A stretch of 64,000 nucleotides of DNA, taken from Felis catus (taxonomy: Eukaryota). The translations under genes and the position numbers were made by a program. The stretch covers positions 27,344,001-27,408,000 of the forward strand of contig NC_058369.1 of the NCBI RefSeq assembly GCF_018350175.1. The letters run 5' to 3'. This document shows, in pieces, positions 36,654 to 50,199 of the stretch (within the stretch, counting starts at the first letter, position 1; each line of letters starts with the position of its first letter). The notes under the pieces are model-generated. The model had not been told where the DNA came from. It worked only from the letters and a program-made list of their open reading frames with translations, and searched no databases.

Positions 36654-37244
36654 CCCAGGATTTATCACTTCTTACAGTTCTAGTGACGAAGGAACCAGGT
36701 ATCCAACTTGAGATCAAACATTTAAGCTGTGAATATTATCTGATCCCTCACTGGCTGACTGAGACACTCCACTTCTGTTCTCTAGTGCAGGGAGCAAGGT
36801 TCTCCTGAATGATATTTTGCTTGGCTTTTGGCTGAATTTGGCAGGGAGAGCTCCTTGCTTTTTGCCTGAGCCATCACAGGGGACCTAGGTTTGGAATCGC
36901 AAGACCACGTGGTAAGGAATGAGAAGAAAGCACTCACAGCAAAGTTATTTTCCTGTTCCCTTGCTCTCATCTGCCTCAGCCCTCAAGCCATCCTGAGACA
37001 TTTTCTAAGTGGAATCACTAGGAAATAAGGTCTATGACTTCACAGGAAACATCTGTTGGAGAATGGGGGCCTGTGAACTCCTTTGCTTTGCTGGGGGATT
37101 TTCAAAAAATGATCAAGGTGTGGTTTGTTTTAGCATTCTACTAATCAAGCCTCCTCTCTAGATTCCCCAATACTTGCTTCTCTTGACCCCAAAGAGTTAT
37201 TTTTGAGATTACCATCAAGTTGTCTACATTCAGTCTACATCCGC

Positions 37245-37385
37245 CGTGTACTTTTGGTTGTGGCCCTTGACCTGCAGCCTTGGAGTTACCTGGTAGCTTC
37301 CTAGAAAAGCAGTATCTCAGACCCTGCCCAAATCTACTGAATCAGAATCTGTATTTTAACAAAGCCCCAAGTTACTCACATATAC
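37245..37385. mobile_element. MER5A-like fragment
   Basis: ctactgaatcagaatctgtattttaacaa. Confidence 0.75.
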
Positions 37386-38111
37386 TGGTCTGTAATATTT
37401 TGATTTTTACTCTGAAAATTATTCTAAGAACCATGGATCCAAATAAATGGCAGCTCTCCTCACTAGGCCTCAGATTCCAAAGTTTTACAACATGCAATTT
37501 GTGTCACATGGACTCTGGGGCTCCACTGCAATTCACAAATGCCCTGAGATCCCAGATTTATGTAATCAAATATTTTCCAAACAGTCCTACTAATGAGTCA
37601 GTGTAAAAATGTTTGAGTTACCCCACCGGCCATAGTTCATGTACTTTGAGTTGACCACCAAGCTCTTTGCAGGACCCCCTCCCACAAAGAAGGAATATTT
37701 CTTATTAATAGCCATTCTGCTTTGGCTGTGGCAGGTTGTCAGCGATTTGATCTGACTTCTTCCATCACTCAGCAGTTTCTTTGTTCGAATGTGATGTCTT
37801 ACGAGGGATGTGAATTAATCTACTTCCCAGTCCTCTGCCACCCAACCCCAATTTTTTTGGTTGAGGTCCCATTCTGAAAACCTCATTCTAGGGTTTCTTA
37901 ACACTTGCATCCATCCATCTGAACGTGGGCACATGTTTCAACATCACCACAGTGTTAGACTTGCTCTCTTCCCTCCCAATTTAGCTGCAAGGCCATAGAC
38001 TGTGCCTTTACCAGTCATATAGATGATACTGTCATGCAGACCTTAAACAAGATGGCTGCTGCCCTGGTGAAATGATGGAATCACCAAACAGCTACTGAGG
38101 GTGCATGAAGC

Positions 38112-38446
38112 CAGGGTCACAAAAGCAAATGCCTGCATGGGCCATTAGAGAAGCAGGGGGACCTGGGGAGACTGTGATAACCTGTGGAAGTGTGTTGGGG
38201 GGTAGGGCTACAGCACATGTATAGTTTCATCTGATTGTTCCCAGGAAGAGGGGGCACCAGGGCCTTTATGTAATATGAATTTTTTTAATCAGGAGAAGGT
38301 ACAAGTCTGACTTATGACAGTTTCATATTTTATAAATATCGGTTATAACCCAGTTTCCTTTTGTTTCTCTGAAAACATGGGGCAAACAGAATGAAACACA
38401 TCTGCAAACTCAAATCAGACCTTATAGTTCCTACCATGACCCTCTG
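38112..38446 (+). mobile_element. MER102-like hAT MITE
   Basis: cagggtcacaaaagcaaatgcctgcatgggcc...aaacacatctgc...gaccctctg. Confidence 0.7.
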
Positions 38447-38941
38447 GTGGGGATGAATCCATTTACAAGTCTTTAATGGGACTCTTCTACAGGACTAGTA
38501 CCTTGTGTTTCTCTAAGTTCTGTTTTTGGGTCACTCATGGTAGAATCATACAAAATCGACATATGCACCTTCTGGTCCCTGTCCAGGACAGCCACAAATC
38601 TGTGGAGTCTTTGAGCATGCTCCTTGGGAATTTCTGAAGACACAGAAGTGTGATCCTTATTAAGTCTGGTTACTTGCAAAATACCAAGAGGTGAAAGAGT
38701 AAGTCTCCATCCCAGTCCCTAGAATCTACTAGAGAATATAAAATTATTACATAGTAAACAATAGTTGTAAAAAAAAGAATGATGGGGGGCTCAAGTTATG
38801 GATTACTCAAATTGATTGCCTTTAAGCAGTAGGCAATGGCCAGTTTCCCCTGAGTTTTAAAGGCAGCCAACTCTTTAACTGGGAAGCAGCCAGTGGGGGT
38901 CTGTTGTGTACTGATTAAATTTCTAAGCACAGGTATATAGA

Positions 38942-39078
38942 TGGGGGTTGAAAACTCAGAAGCCTCAGAGGCCAGTTAGGTGATGCAAAGGAGTGAAGCA
39001 GGTTAGCGTGAGAGGAAATGGGGGATGTAGTAGGCTGTGGCAAACTGGAATGTACATGGCCCCACTAGAGGGGGCAAT
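38942..39078 (+). mobile_element. MER102-like 5' fragment
   Basis: ggggttgaaaactca...gagtgaagcagg...ctgtggcaaactgga...agggggca. Confidence 0.75.
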
Positions 39079-40189
39079 TAATCTCTGGCAAAGAGAAACA
39101 GTAACTAGAGACTAAGGCAAATCCTATTAAACAAAACAATTTGCAGCTACTTGTGCTCTAATTTATTTGGGATTCAGAAGTAGAGACCTTAGACTGCTTC
39201 TGACATTCCCACTACTTGGACAGGCCACTTCTACCTTGTGGATTCTGAGATTCTTCACATGTAAAGTGGTAGAGATGGTCCACATACAGAAAAGCTCCAG
39301 CACTTTTGTTCATTCTTTCCTGAGAATCAGGGCAATTATGTTGGTTAATGGCTTTAAACTGAGCTTTGGCCAATGAAAAGAGCACCAATAACAACAAGAA
39401 TAATGATCAACATGCATAGAGTGGCTATCATGTGCAAAACTGGGTGGCCTCTCCCAGAAAGGAGAAGAGTGGGAGACAGGCAGGCAAGAGTACCCATGGT
39501 GTGCACAGAAACAAGGAGAGATAGAACTGAGTTTCTCTATGGCTAATGGTCACTCAACGTTTTTTATGATTATTTCATGTGACAGTAAAAGGACAAAAGC
39601 CATTCATTCATTCATTTAACCCATATTTACTGAGTACATGTTATGTGCTACTGTTGGGTAAGTGTTAACTTGTCCACAACCAATTCCTCCATGCTGGCCT
39701 CCCAGAAGATTTGACTTTCTTCAATAACCTTCAATACTCTGAAGAAGCTGGCCACAGCCTAGTATTTCAAAAATCAGTCTTGCTGAGTTCTAAGCCTGGG
39801 ACCCCAACTCCCACCACTACAACCACCACCCCATTATGCTGGGTGAGACACCAATTCTTCCCCGTCCAAAAACTCTGAAGTGACAAATTCTGTCTCAAGG
39901 TTTTCTTATTATAGAGCTGCAATGATAAACCTTGGGGCTCAGCACCAGATAATGGCTCCACAACCATGCAATTCTGCCATGCTATAATGCCACTGAATCC
40001 TTGCCTCTCATCATGCTAGGAGAAGGGCCGGTGCTTCCCTAACCAGGCAGTTGAAAACATCACACAATTGGAGGGTCAGTGTTGTCCTACTGGGCCTGAT
40101 CTCTAACCTTGCTCTAACTCTTTGTGCTGCTCCAGAATGCAGTGGGTGATGAGGATCTGCACACCTACTGCTCCTCTCTCCAGGACTTT

Positions 40190-40480
40190 TCTCCAATGAA
40201 TGCTACTCAAGCCACCCTTATGTGTCATGCTTGGCCACCTACCCTTGTCTGAATGACTGTCAGAGGCTGGGCATGTAACAGAAAGCAAGTCAGCCAAAGT
40301 CCTTGACCTCATGGAGCTTACCTTCCAGTGAAGGAGATGGCCAATACACAAGTGAGCAAATGGGTGGGGGTGGTGATGCAGAGAAGCAAAGAGACAAATC
40401 ACAAGTGACCAGTGTTGGGACAAGAGTGAGGCTGCTGTGGGAACAGGGGGTATCAGGGAGAGACTGCTGAGGAGGTGGGA
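40190..40480 (-). mobile_element. L2 fragment
   Basis: gtccttgacctcatggagcttaccttccagtgaaggaga. Confidence 0.7.
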
Positions 40481-40721
40481 GCTTCCCACAGCCTCACTTA
40501 TTTAACTCCTAATTCAATATGACTTCAATAAATAGCAGTGTATTTATTATTTTTTAAAATTTATTGTAGAGCTAAACATGTTTATTTTCTTCAAAGCTTA
40601 TGTTGATCCTTCATTTGAGGTGTTAAAATATGCTCTATTTTACATAATACAATGATATAGTTGATCATTTTAACATCCTTATTGTGCAAAATAAAAGTTG
40701 TAAAATAAGGGGAAGATAATT

Positions 40722-40746
40722 CTCTTTTTAATGTTTATTTATTTAT

Positions 40747-40816
<70 letters not shown>

Positions 40817-40975
40817 AGAGAGTACATGACAAGAGAGGGAGAGAGAGAATCCCAAGCAGGCTCTGTGCTGTCAGCAGAAGCCCAGCCTGAAGCTTGATCT
40901 CATGAACCATGAGATCATGACCTGAGCCAAAACCAAGAGTTGGACACTTAACCAACTGAGCCACCCAGGCGCCCC
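40722..40975 (-). mobile_element. Can-SINE with long (GA)n
   Basis: Reverse head ...ctgagccacccaggcgcccc; about 60 nt of (GA)n; degenerate flanking aag(a)gggaa repeat. Confidence 0.96.
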
Positions 40976-41074
40976 AAGAGGGAAAGAACTATTTATGAGA
41001 TTATGAAATTGAAACCTCCTGGGACCACTTCTCTACCAAATGTTCTGCCAATTCTATCTATATAATGAGAGAAG

Positions 41075-41345
41075 CTTATGTTTATTAAGCACTAACTACC
41101 TGTGAGGCACTCATCTGAATACTTATATGTGTAAACTTTTAAATTTTTATTGTTTAATGTGGTCGCTTTTTAAATCTTCAAACGAATCCTGGAAGAAGGA
41201 TACTATGATCTTTCCACTTTTGTAGAAGAGATAACTGAGGCACACTGAGGTGTGGAAACTTGGCCAAGGTTATACTGCTAGTAATGGTTAGAGCATGGAT
41301 TTGAACCCTGGTTTGCAAATCCCATAGCTTGTGCTTTTATCACCC
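41075..41345 (-). mobile_element. MIR
   Basis: aactgaggcac...aacttggccaaggttatactgctagtaatgg..ggatttgaaccc. Confidence 0.85.
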
Positions 41346-42627
41346 CTTTCATCCCATCCCACCCCCAAACCAACTAGTTACAGTTTAGAGGATGATAGCC
41401 CTAAGCTCCGGCAGTCATTTACATGTGTAGCTCCTCTCCTTCCTACCCTCCCAGCACTGGTTTTGGAAATCATTTGATTAGGTACCCTAGAACCAAAGGA
41501 GAAGGGTTCCACAGATAGGTAGCCATTCTTGGACATTCCCCAGAGAAGTAAAAACGCTTTGCCGGCAAGCTCACTGTGCATATTTGCTGCTCTCTGGATG
41601 TGTCCCAGTTGGGCCAACTTCTGTTCTTGGCTGTCTGAATATATTCTGGCAGCTCAGAGGTGTAATTTCTCCAAATGCCGCATTCCTGCTGAGCCCGTGG
41701 GATGAATTGTGCAATTTCAGGTGAGCACATCTTTAAACCTTAGCAGGGCTTGTAGTTTCTCCCCTTCAGCTTTCGCTGCAGGCCCCACTTGGAAGATTGA
41801 AGTCTTGAGAGCATATGCCAGGCCCTGGGGGGCAGAAGGTGAGGTGCTGCGATAGAGATTGAGGAGGTCTGGCAGAGGAGTGTGGAGAAGTGTGGGCTCC
41901 CCAGGCCAATGCCAGGTCCCCACTTTGAGAACCTGGATCATCTTTAATTTTACAGAGTTTTTGTTCATTTATACATCTACTTGTAAAATGATTTTCTGAG
42001 AGTCAGCTATTGGCCAGATACTGCTAGGTCTGGGAGAATGTTAACTGTTAGGAAGACAAGTCTACCTTTTTAGGAGCAGGTATAAAGGGAGGGGGGCCTT
42101 GACTCAATCAAGAAAGCTGGAGACATCCTATGGGGGCAAGTGGAATTAAGAAGTGATCTGAAGGTAAAAAGGAGCTAATTCAGCAAAGGGCAGAGGGAAC
42201 AACCTTGTGGAAAGTTTCTGGGTCAGGCAGGAGGGTACCAGACTAGATGAGGAAACAAAATGCCTGTCTTCTTCCCATTCCATTTCTGAGTGCTGACCAT
42301 GTATCTGACTTGGGCTGTGAGCTTTACAACCCCATGATGGATCTCATGAGCATCCTGGATTTTCACACAAAGAAACGGATTTCAAGGAGCTGAATAATTT
42401 GTTTATGCCATACAAACAGTGCCTGGTGGCCCAGAAATTCAAATCCAAGTTTGTGTGATTCCAAAGAGGGACTTCTGAGTCACATGTTTATATTGTTTTC
42501 CTAGACAGATCTCACCACTTGAAGGGACCCACACACCCTTTGCATACTTCTATCTTTGTTTTAGCATAAGAAATAATGTCCCTGGACTCATTTCCTATAG
42601 AACAAAAGGAAAGTAAGATAGCCCCCA

Positions 42628-42746
42628 CCAAAGACATTCACAATGGTTAAAATGTGGAAGCTACACAAGTGTCCGTCCGTGGTTGAGTGGATAAACAAAA
42701 GGTGGTGTATATATACAATGGAATATTATTCCACCTTAAAAAGGAG
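42628..42746 (+). mobile_element. L1 fragment (ORF2 end/3' UTR)
   Basis: tggataaacaaaaggtggtgtatatatacaatggaatattatt. Confidence 0.85.
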
Positions 42747-43059
42747 TTCCTGGAGTTTGTCCAGAAACCATCCTAGATTTCTTGATTCTGAGACACAGAC
42801 TTGGCAATGGCGATGAGGAAGGGACTCATCTCTGCATATTTAATGAGGTCTCTTTGTTCTACAGAGACTCAGAGACTTTTGGAAGTTTGGACATGAAGGA
42901 CTTGAGTGGTCAGTACTTTTTGGAAATCCACACATTGGCAAATGGGGACATTGAGGTAGAGGGAGAAGGAGCTTAGCCAAGAATACATGATAACTAGCTT
43001 GGATTTAAATGATCTTTCCTCCCTCCCTCCTCCTTCCTCAGCATTTTGGTTCTCTTTAC

Positions 43060-43225
43060 ATGTCAGGCATTGTGCCAAGTGCTTTCTTGCATTAATTCCA
43101 TTAGTCCTGCCAACTACCTGTGAGGTAGGTTTTATTTTTAGTGCCCTTTTGCAGGTAAAAAAGAGTGAAACACAGGGAAGCTAATGACTTACTCAAGGTC
43201 TCTCAACCAGCAAGTTGTGGGACCA
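43060..43225 (-). mobile_element. MIR
   Basis: tgtcaggcattgtgccaagtgcttt...ctgtgaggtagg...atgacttactcaaggtc. Confidence 0.8.
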
Positions 43226-43469
43226 TTTTTTCTCTCTCCTTTGAGGCTATATAGCAATGCGCCTCATGCAAGCAGAGGCAGCAGGCAGTCCACCTGGGCA
43301 CAGCAGTACCACACCTAGGGCATGGAGTCCTGCCCAAGAGCATCAGTCAGCTGTGGGCTGACCACACAACCACACATCCCACAGCTCTCCTTGCACCATC
43401 AGCTGGAAGCATCAGGTAGACTCCTTGAAGTCTTCCTGGGAATCCATGAAACAGAGCAAAGGAAAGAAC

Positions 43470-43660
43470 TGAAGCTAGGGGTTCTGGAATCGAGTCAGAT
43501 CCCAGCTGGGGAACTCAGAAGCAGAATCTTGGTACAAGTTTCATAAACTGTCGGATTATCATTTTCTTCATTTCTAGAAAGGGATTCATAGTAGAACTTG
43601 GCTCATAGGTTCTTGTGAGGATTTAAATAAGGTGATCTGTATAAAATAGCACAATGGTGC
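43470..43660 (+). mobile_element. MIR
   Basis: ctcataggttcttgtgaggatttaaa...agcacaatggtgcct. Confidence 0.7.
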
Positions 43661-43929
43661 CTACCAGTTTGTAGGGACTCTACACTGGTAATTTCTTCTA
43701 ACAGTATCATCATGGGCATCTTTATCACCCAAGCTGCATGAGAATGGGCTGTGAGTTCCCCTGAGGAATTTGCTCCAGGCCTGCCGAGGGGAGGCGGAAG
43801 GGGAGGAGGCACCTCTGCTGCAATGGTGGGCTGTTTTGGCAGCAGACTCTTGCAACTGCAGAGCAGAGCTCAGATTAAGCTCTCAAGGTATGCATCATAC
43901 CAGAGGAATGGCCCAAAGGTCATAAACAT

Positions 43930-44125
43930 AGCAAGGAAATGGACATTTCTGGGATTTCCCCACAGAGCTTACTTGTTCATCATCTGTCTCCACCACTGAA
44001 AGGCAAAATCTATGAGAAAAGGAAATTTGTCTTAAATACTTCCTTATCCTTGTCAGCTAGAACAGTTCAAGTCACTGTAGCTCCTTATTAATAGGTATTT
44101 CCTGATTGAGTGAATGAATGAATTC
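43930..44125 (+). mobile_element. L2 3' end
   Basis: tctgtctccaccactgaa...tgagtgaatgaatgaa terminus. Confidence 0.7.
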
Positions 44126-44249
44126 TTCTCTGTCCTGGTTCAAGGGTCAATTTGCTATAGGGTTAGCAATGGAAATGAGGGACTTCTCAAGGGCCTGAAC
44201 TTCACGACTAAAAACCCAAACACTCAAATAACAGTAATAATTAATAAGT

Positions 44250-44495
44250 GATAATTATCACAATGTATTGCAAGCTATGCCTATGTACTGATGATACACT
44301 AAATACTTAGTGTAAATGGTCCTGTGATACTCAATACCTGTGAGGTAGGCATTATTGTTACCCCCATGTTACAGATGGGGAAAATGAAGTTTGCAGAGGT
44401 GAAGCAGCCTGCCCAAGATCATAAGGCCAAGAAGCCGTGTGATCCTAGATTGGTTCCAGGGTTGGTTTGATTATAGAACCTGTGCTTTACAAAGC
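44250..44495 (-). mobile_element. MIR
   Basis: gtgaggtaggcattattgttacccccatgttacagatggggaaaatgaag...tgcccaagatca. Confidence 0.88.
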
Positions 44496-45074
44496 ACTAC
44501 TTTTTCCAATGTCTTCCATCCCCACCTGAAGATCAAAGAAAATCCCAAATAGCTTCACTCTTTTCAGGGCACAAGGATACATTTTGGGAAAGGCAGGTCA
44601 TCTAATATTGGATATCCACAGTCAAATCCAGAGTAGAAGAGAACTTTTCATTTCTCAAACCTATACAGCACCCCTGCGGTGACCACACACCATTTCTGTT
44701 GGATCTGGCTCACCATCACTTCTCTACTACCTTCACCAGCTCACCCATCAAAATGTATCAGTTCAGTGGCCCATTTCTTCCAAATTCTTTTATATGCTCA
44801 TTCTCCCAAGCAACCGATTTGAGCTAAGATAACAAAGTTCTTTTTTTCAGATGATTCCTCCTATCTCTGGTGCACATCATCAGAAGGAATGGGAGAACTA
44901 AGGCCCACAGCTCCCCACTTCTCACCCCTACTTCGAACACAAGAGCTCAGCTTTCAACTATCTCCATGTACCTGTTAGGCTTCTGCATCTGAACAAAATA
45001 TTTTATGGAGCAAATAACTAAATAAATAAGCTTAACAACCATTGGTTTAATTTAATCCTCAGTGTAGGCATCTA

Positions 45075-46400
45075 AAAATATTTTGGGATGTCTGCTCTGT
45101 GCTTGGCAGTGTTCTCAACATCAGGGGAGCATAAAGGTAGGCAAATTCCTTGCTTTCATGGTGCTTACATTCTGATGGAGAGACAGGAATTCAACTAACA
45201 AGTTGGTAGAGTAATGAGGGACGATAACAGTAAGTGTTAAGTAGAGAGTCAAAATCAAGCAGTGTCTTGCATGGTATAGTTGAATGGTGGGATCCAAAAA
45301 GATATGTCTGAGTCCTAATTCCTGGAACTTGTGAATATTATTTTCTATGGCAAAAGATGCAATAATTTAAGAATTTTGAGGGAAGGAACTTTTCCTAGAT
45401 TATCCAGGTGAACTCTAAATGCAGTTACAAGTATCATTGTAAGAGACAGGTAGAGGGAGTTTCAAGACATCACAGGAAGCAGTGCGACCACAGACACAGA
45501 GTTTGGAATGATGCAGCCACAAACCAAGGAGGATATGCACCTGCCTGGTATGGCCCTGTTGAAACCTTGATATTTGATTTCTGACCTCCAGAACTGTGAG
45601 AGAATAAATTTCTGTTGTTTGAAGCCACCCATTTTATGGTAATTTTTTACATTAGGGTCAGGAAACTAATACACATGGCTACTTTTGATCGAGTGGTTAG
45701 GAAAACCTCAGAAGAGGTAACACGTAAGCTGATCATTGAATAAAAAAAAGGACCATCCTTATGAAGATTGGTGGCAGGAAACAAATGTTTCAGGAAGAGG
45801 GAAGAGCCAGTGGAAAGGCCCTAAGGCAGGGTTCTAGCAGAGAGGCTAGTTAGGATGCTATGACAGGGGCCAGGTGGAAAGTGTTCCTGACTTGCACTAA
45901 AAGTAGTTGAGAAGATAGGGAAAAGTAGAAAGACTTGGAATAAGTCACAGAAAAAAGTCAATGTTAATTGTTTCTGGATTAGACATTGTGGTGAGGGAAA
46001 GCAAGAGAAGAGTTGGGTTGAACCACTGGAAAGATAATGGTGCTGTTCATTGGGGTGGAGAAAGAGCTAGCTGGGAAGGAAATCAGGAGGCCTTTCCTTT
46101 ATCATTATAGGCTTTAAATGCCTATAGACTCCCAAGTCCGGGATTAAGGGATATAGCTGGGTGGGAAATCTAGCTTTGGGAGCCACCAACACATAGGTAT
46201 CCAAGTTATAGGACTAGGTGAGATCATGTGGGGAGAGCATGCAAATAGAGAGGTAAAGCAAGACCAAAATGGGACCCTGAGGTACCAACACAAGGAGATC
46301 AGGATGATGAGGATTCAGTGAGGGAAACCAAGACAGAATGGCAAACATGGTGAGAGGGAAAGAGGAGAGTGTGATGTCTCAGAAGCCAAGAGAAGGAAGA
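45075..46400 (-). mobile_element. L2, split by an MLT1 solo LTR
   Basis: ccttgctttcatggtgcttacattctgatggagagacag; aggaagagggaagagccagtggaaaggccctaaggcagg; gtgtgatgtctcagaagccaagagaag. Confidence 0.85.
45275..45673 (+). mobile_element. MLT1B/C-type MaLR solo LTR
   Basis: ctccagaactgtgagagaataaatttctgttgttt..aagccac...ggaaactaataca end; 5-bp TSD catgg at 45270-45274 and 45674-45678. Confidence 0.92.
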
Positions 46401-47498
46401 CTTCGAAGACTTTCCCTAAAGACATCAACCATATCAAAATAAGTTCTTCTGGCCAGGTAGCTTATATATATTTTCACTGGGAAGTTATTGTTCCAGGCCA
46501 ATAGATTTCTTCTCAAGTGCCATCCCACATAATTGGTAGTGGATCCCGGGAGTTCAGTGATGAGAAGTAGTCCAGTGTTTCGTGTGAATTTGGCAGGAAC
46601 ACCTGTTATGTGATTGGCTGGTGATACCAGTGTAAGAACTTGGGCAAGGGTTCTTTATATTTTATGACCCCACCTGATCCAAAAGAAAGAAATGAGTAAC
46701 AACCATTTCAGGGGCTTTTGTAACGCACAAGGAAATAAGCTGTGGGTAGGGTAACCCATCAGATCACATGCCATAAGCCAAGTCCATCTACATGCAAAGA
46801 CCACCTTGCAGTGGATTCAGGACTACAAATGAGACTGTTTCTGGAAGAAGGACATACAGAGGAACAGAAATAGGAAGTGGGGATTATAACTTAAACACCA
46901 GTGAGGCATCAAGGGCTTTGGAAACTGACATCTAGATTCAACTCACAACTCTGCCCCTACTGTGAAGATATGAGGTAACTAACCTTACGGAGCCCCCATT
47001 TCCTCCCCTGATGAATGCTATGATATATGCGCAATGGTGATGCCACAGTAACATGTAGGGCCAAGTCTCTTGGGATCTCTAAAGGCAAGATCTGTTTTTC
47101 AGGGGCCTGAGTGATACTTTAATTTAGGGTTTCTGGGACCTACTAAGAGGTTTATCCCCATCTATGGCCATTGCACCCTTCTTATAGAGGGAGAGTCTTA
47201 CACATGATAGGTTCTCAATCAATGATCAAAGAGACTTAGATTACAATGTCCCTGATTTTGTGCTACTGTGACATACTAAGTTATAATCTCATTTCCTTAA
47301 ATAAGAATCCTTTATTAAGGATATAACAAGGAATAACAACAAGACATATGTATGTGTGTAACTACAATTTTTTCATGCTCCCAGCTTTTAGGGAGAATAC
47401 CATGCTGACACTGTGTGTCTATTGGATCTTTGTGGGACAGATCAGGGTAGTGGGTAGAAAGGTCATGATGAAGAAGTTTTAAAAGGAGAAGTATATTT

Positions 47499-47665
47499 GG
47501 GACACCTGAGTGGCTCAGTTGGTTAAGCAGCCAACTTTGGCTCAGGTCATGATCTCACAGTTTGTGAGTTTGAGCCCCGTGTTGGGCTCTGTGATGAAAG
47601 CTCAGAGTCTGGAGCCTGCTTTGGGATTCTGTGTCCCCCTCTCTGTCTGCCCCTCCCCCCTTCAT

Positions 47666-47706
<41 letters not shown>

Positions 47707-47726
47707 AATAAATAAACATTAAAAAA
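47499..47726 (+). mobile_element. Can-SINE
   Basis: gggacacctgagtggctcagttggttaagc head, (CT)n, tail; degenerate TSD aaaaggag(aa)gtatattt and aaaaggagtagattt. Confidence 0.96.
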
Positions 47727-49806
47727 AAAAGGAGTAGATTTCCCTGGAGAGATGAGCCTATGAAGCAATCTCATGGGGGAAATTACCTAGAAATCTGGAG
47801 GATGGGAATTAAGAGAAGGGGATAGTATGCGTGTGGTAAGTATGGGTAGAACCACTTAAGGAGGGAAGAGATAATTAAACAGCTCCCATTAAGAAAGAGA
47901 TGTTTTGAAAAGAGATAGTTAAGAAGCTCTGTTTGGAGAATTTTGCCATGTTATATGGCATAAATCCTTTTTGTCACCTCTTCAAGAGTCATTTGGTAAA
48001 AATGTACATTAGTTTTTAAGACTTTTTAAAGTGTGTGTGTAGAATACCTTTCTGCTCAGGTTGGCCTTAAAGTGGCCACGTTTTATTTGGGTTCCATTGG
48101 TGGCAAAGTATCTTCATATTCATCTTTCAATTTGACCTTCAAATCATCTGTGATAAAAACTCATGATATTTTAGTTTTAAATTGTTTCCTATCCAGACAA
48201 AGACTAAGTCTTACCCTGTGTCATTGAGTTAATAACTGACAAGCTATAGGTAAAATCCAAGCTTCCAGAGTCTCAGACCAGCATGTTTTTTCTTCCCTCC
48301 TTCTATCCTTCCCCATCTTCCTTCCCTTTCCTCTCTCTCTCTCTCTCTCTCTCCTTCCCTCCCTCCCTATCTCCTGCCTATTCTCTCCCTGTGCATTCAC
48401 TGTTAGCAGTAAAGCATAAGCACAAGACATTCCCTAATCTGCCACCATGCTTTTAGTTGAAAATCTGAGTCCCAACAAGTCCAAAGCAGTGTCTTCTGGG
48501 AAACCAGAGGGCCTGCGGGTGGTGTTTAAAAATGTGAAGACTCAAAGGACCTACATTTTCAGTTTCCAGTGGGAAGGCCCTGAACAGCCGCCTTGATGAT
48601 AGTGGATATAGGTAGGCCCCTTGCCTCCTAAAGGTGAGGATCCAGACTGCATGGGGGTTTGATAACTCCCCTGGGCCGAGCAGGGTGTTCATAACCTGGA
48701 GATACAAAGGCTGCCTCACAGGGCTTGCCACTTCACGTTGGGTCTCCACACCTGGGCCCGAGAGAGTAACCAGCCACTGTCCCCCAGGGCCCATACTCCT
48801 GTTCTCTTCTGCATTCCTTTAGTTACTGAAAACCTGTTTGTGTGTAGTTTGGCTAAGAAAAATCCTGTTGCTTTCCAAGCGGATGCTTTGTTGTTTCTGT
48901 TACACAAACATATGAAAAATCAGCATTTCCTGCTCTGCATTGAGCCAAAATTGACTGCTGTCTCCATATAATAAAGCAGCATGTTTGCCCCTCTCTTCTA
49001 ACTGGAAGACACAAAGTCTCAACAGACAGAAAGAATGTGTTTATTGATTGAGCTTCATCCCAGAAACTGGACTGCACCACAGGGAGTAAGCAGAGAGAGT
49101 GCGCACCAGCCAATTTTAAATACTCCGCAAATGCTCCTTAACGGTATTAATGAGCAGTGGACTGAAGTACATTAAGACCTCATGTGATGGAGTAAATGAA
49201 GGCAGAGCTTTCTGTTTCATAATGATCTGAAAACTCACTGGTGAGTGGGAAGGAAAAGAACGACTCATTTCCTGAGTTGCCTGTCCTCTCTTGCTGATTT
49301 GGAAACCGCACTGGTTCCCCAAATGCAACGATAATAAAGCTCTTACAAACGCAGGAACAAGCCTTGTTTGCTTGGAGAGGGAAACAGAATACTTCAATGC
49401 GGTCTCAGAAGAAGCAGTAGAGAGATGTGGGGCAGCACAGCTGGGCAGAAGTCAAGGAGAGATTTGCTGCTGGCCCTACTCATGAGTCTGAATCACCTCT
49501 ACTTTTCCTTGTCCTGTCCTGCTCCCTGCCTCCTAGGTCCACCTGCTCCTTGGACAAAGCAGGCCTGTGATTGGGTAGGCCTAGCCTCCAGGCCCCCCTC
49601 TGCAGGCCCTCCATCATTTCCCAGCTCAGACTGTGCTTGCAGAGACTCAGGAATGTGCTACTAACAAACGCATGGAGATGAGCCTTTGGCAGAACCCACT
49701 GCCATCCCTGCCTGGTAGCTTGTGGAGAGCAGAGGGTACACCTGCTGCTTGCTTGGCTCCCAGCCTTGGGGGTCTGCCAGCTCCCCTCACCTGTAGCAGC
49801 TGCCTG

Positions 49807-49852
49807 TCTTCCTTCCTTCCTTCCTTCCTTCCTTCCTTCCTTCCTTCCTTCC

Positions 49853-49930
<78 letters not shown>

Positions 49931-49932
49931 TC
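49807..49932. repeat. Compound (CCTT)n(CT)n(CTTT)n microsatellite
   Basis: 126 nt of uninterrupted pyrimidines on the + strand. Confidence 0.97.
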
Positions 49933-50199
49933 GCTGTGTCTGGCATTGTCAAGTTGGCATACTTGCCAACAGACCCCTAGGGTGGCCCCTCCTCCAGCTG
50001 CAGAACATATGTTGCCAAACCTGAGCCTTGCTCCTACCTGGAACAGGAGCAACCCTGAATGACCCAGAACGCAGAGCCACTTGCAAAGGGCTGCTTCTAC
50101 CCCTGTGAAGCTGTCTTTCATTCCTAAAAACAATGGGGAGAGCCAAGAATCCAAGGGAATTTGGGAGAGACGTGTGGGAGGGAGAGAATAGATGGCATG

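Noticed and set aside
40500..41030. AT-rich block around the SINE, possibly a Charlie-type DNA transposon
   Set aside because: Only a weak terminal motif (gggaccact); not enough to call.
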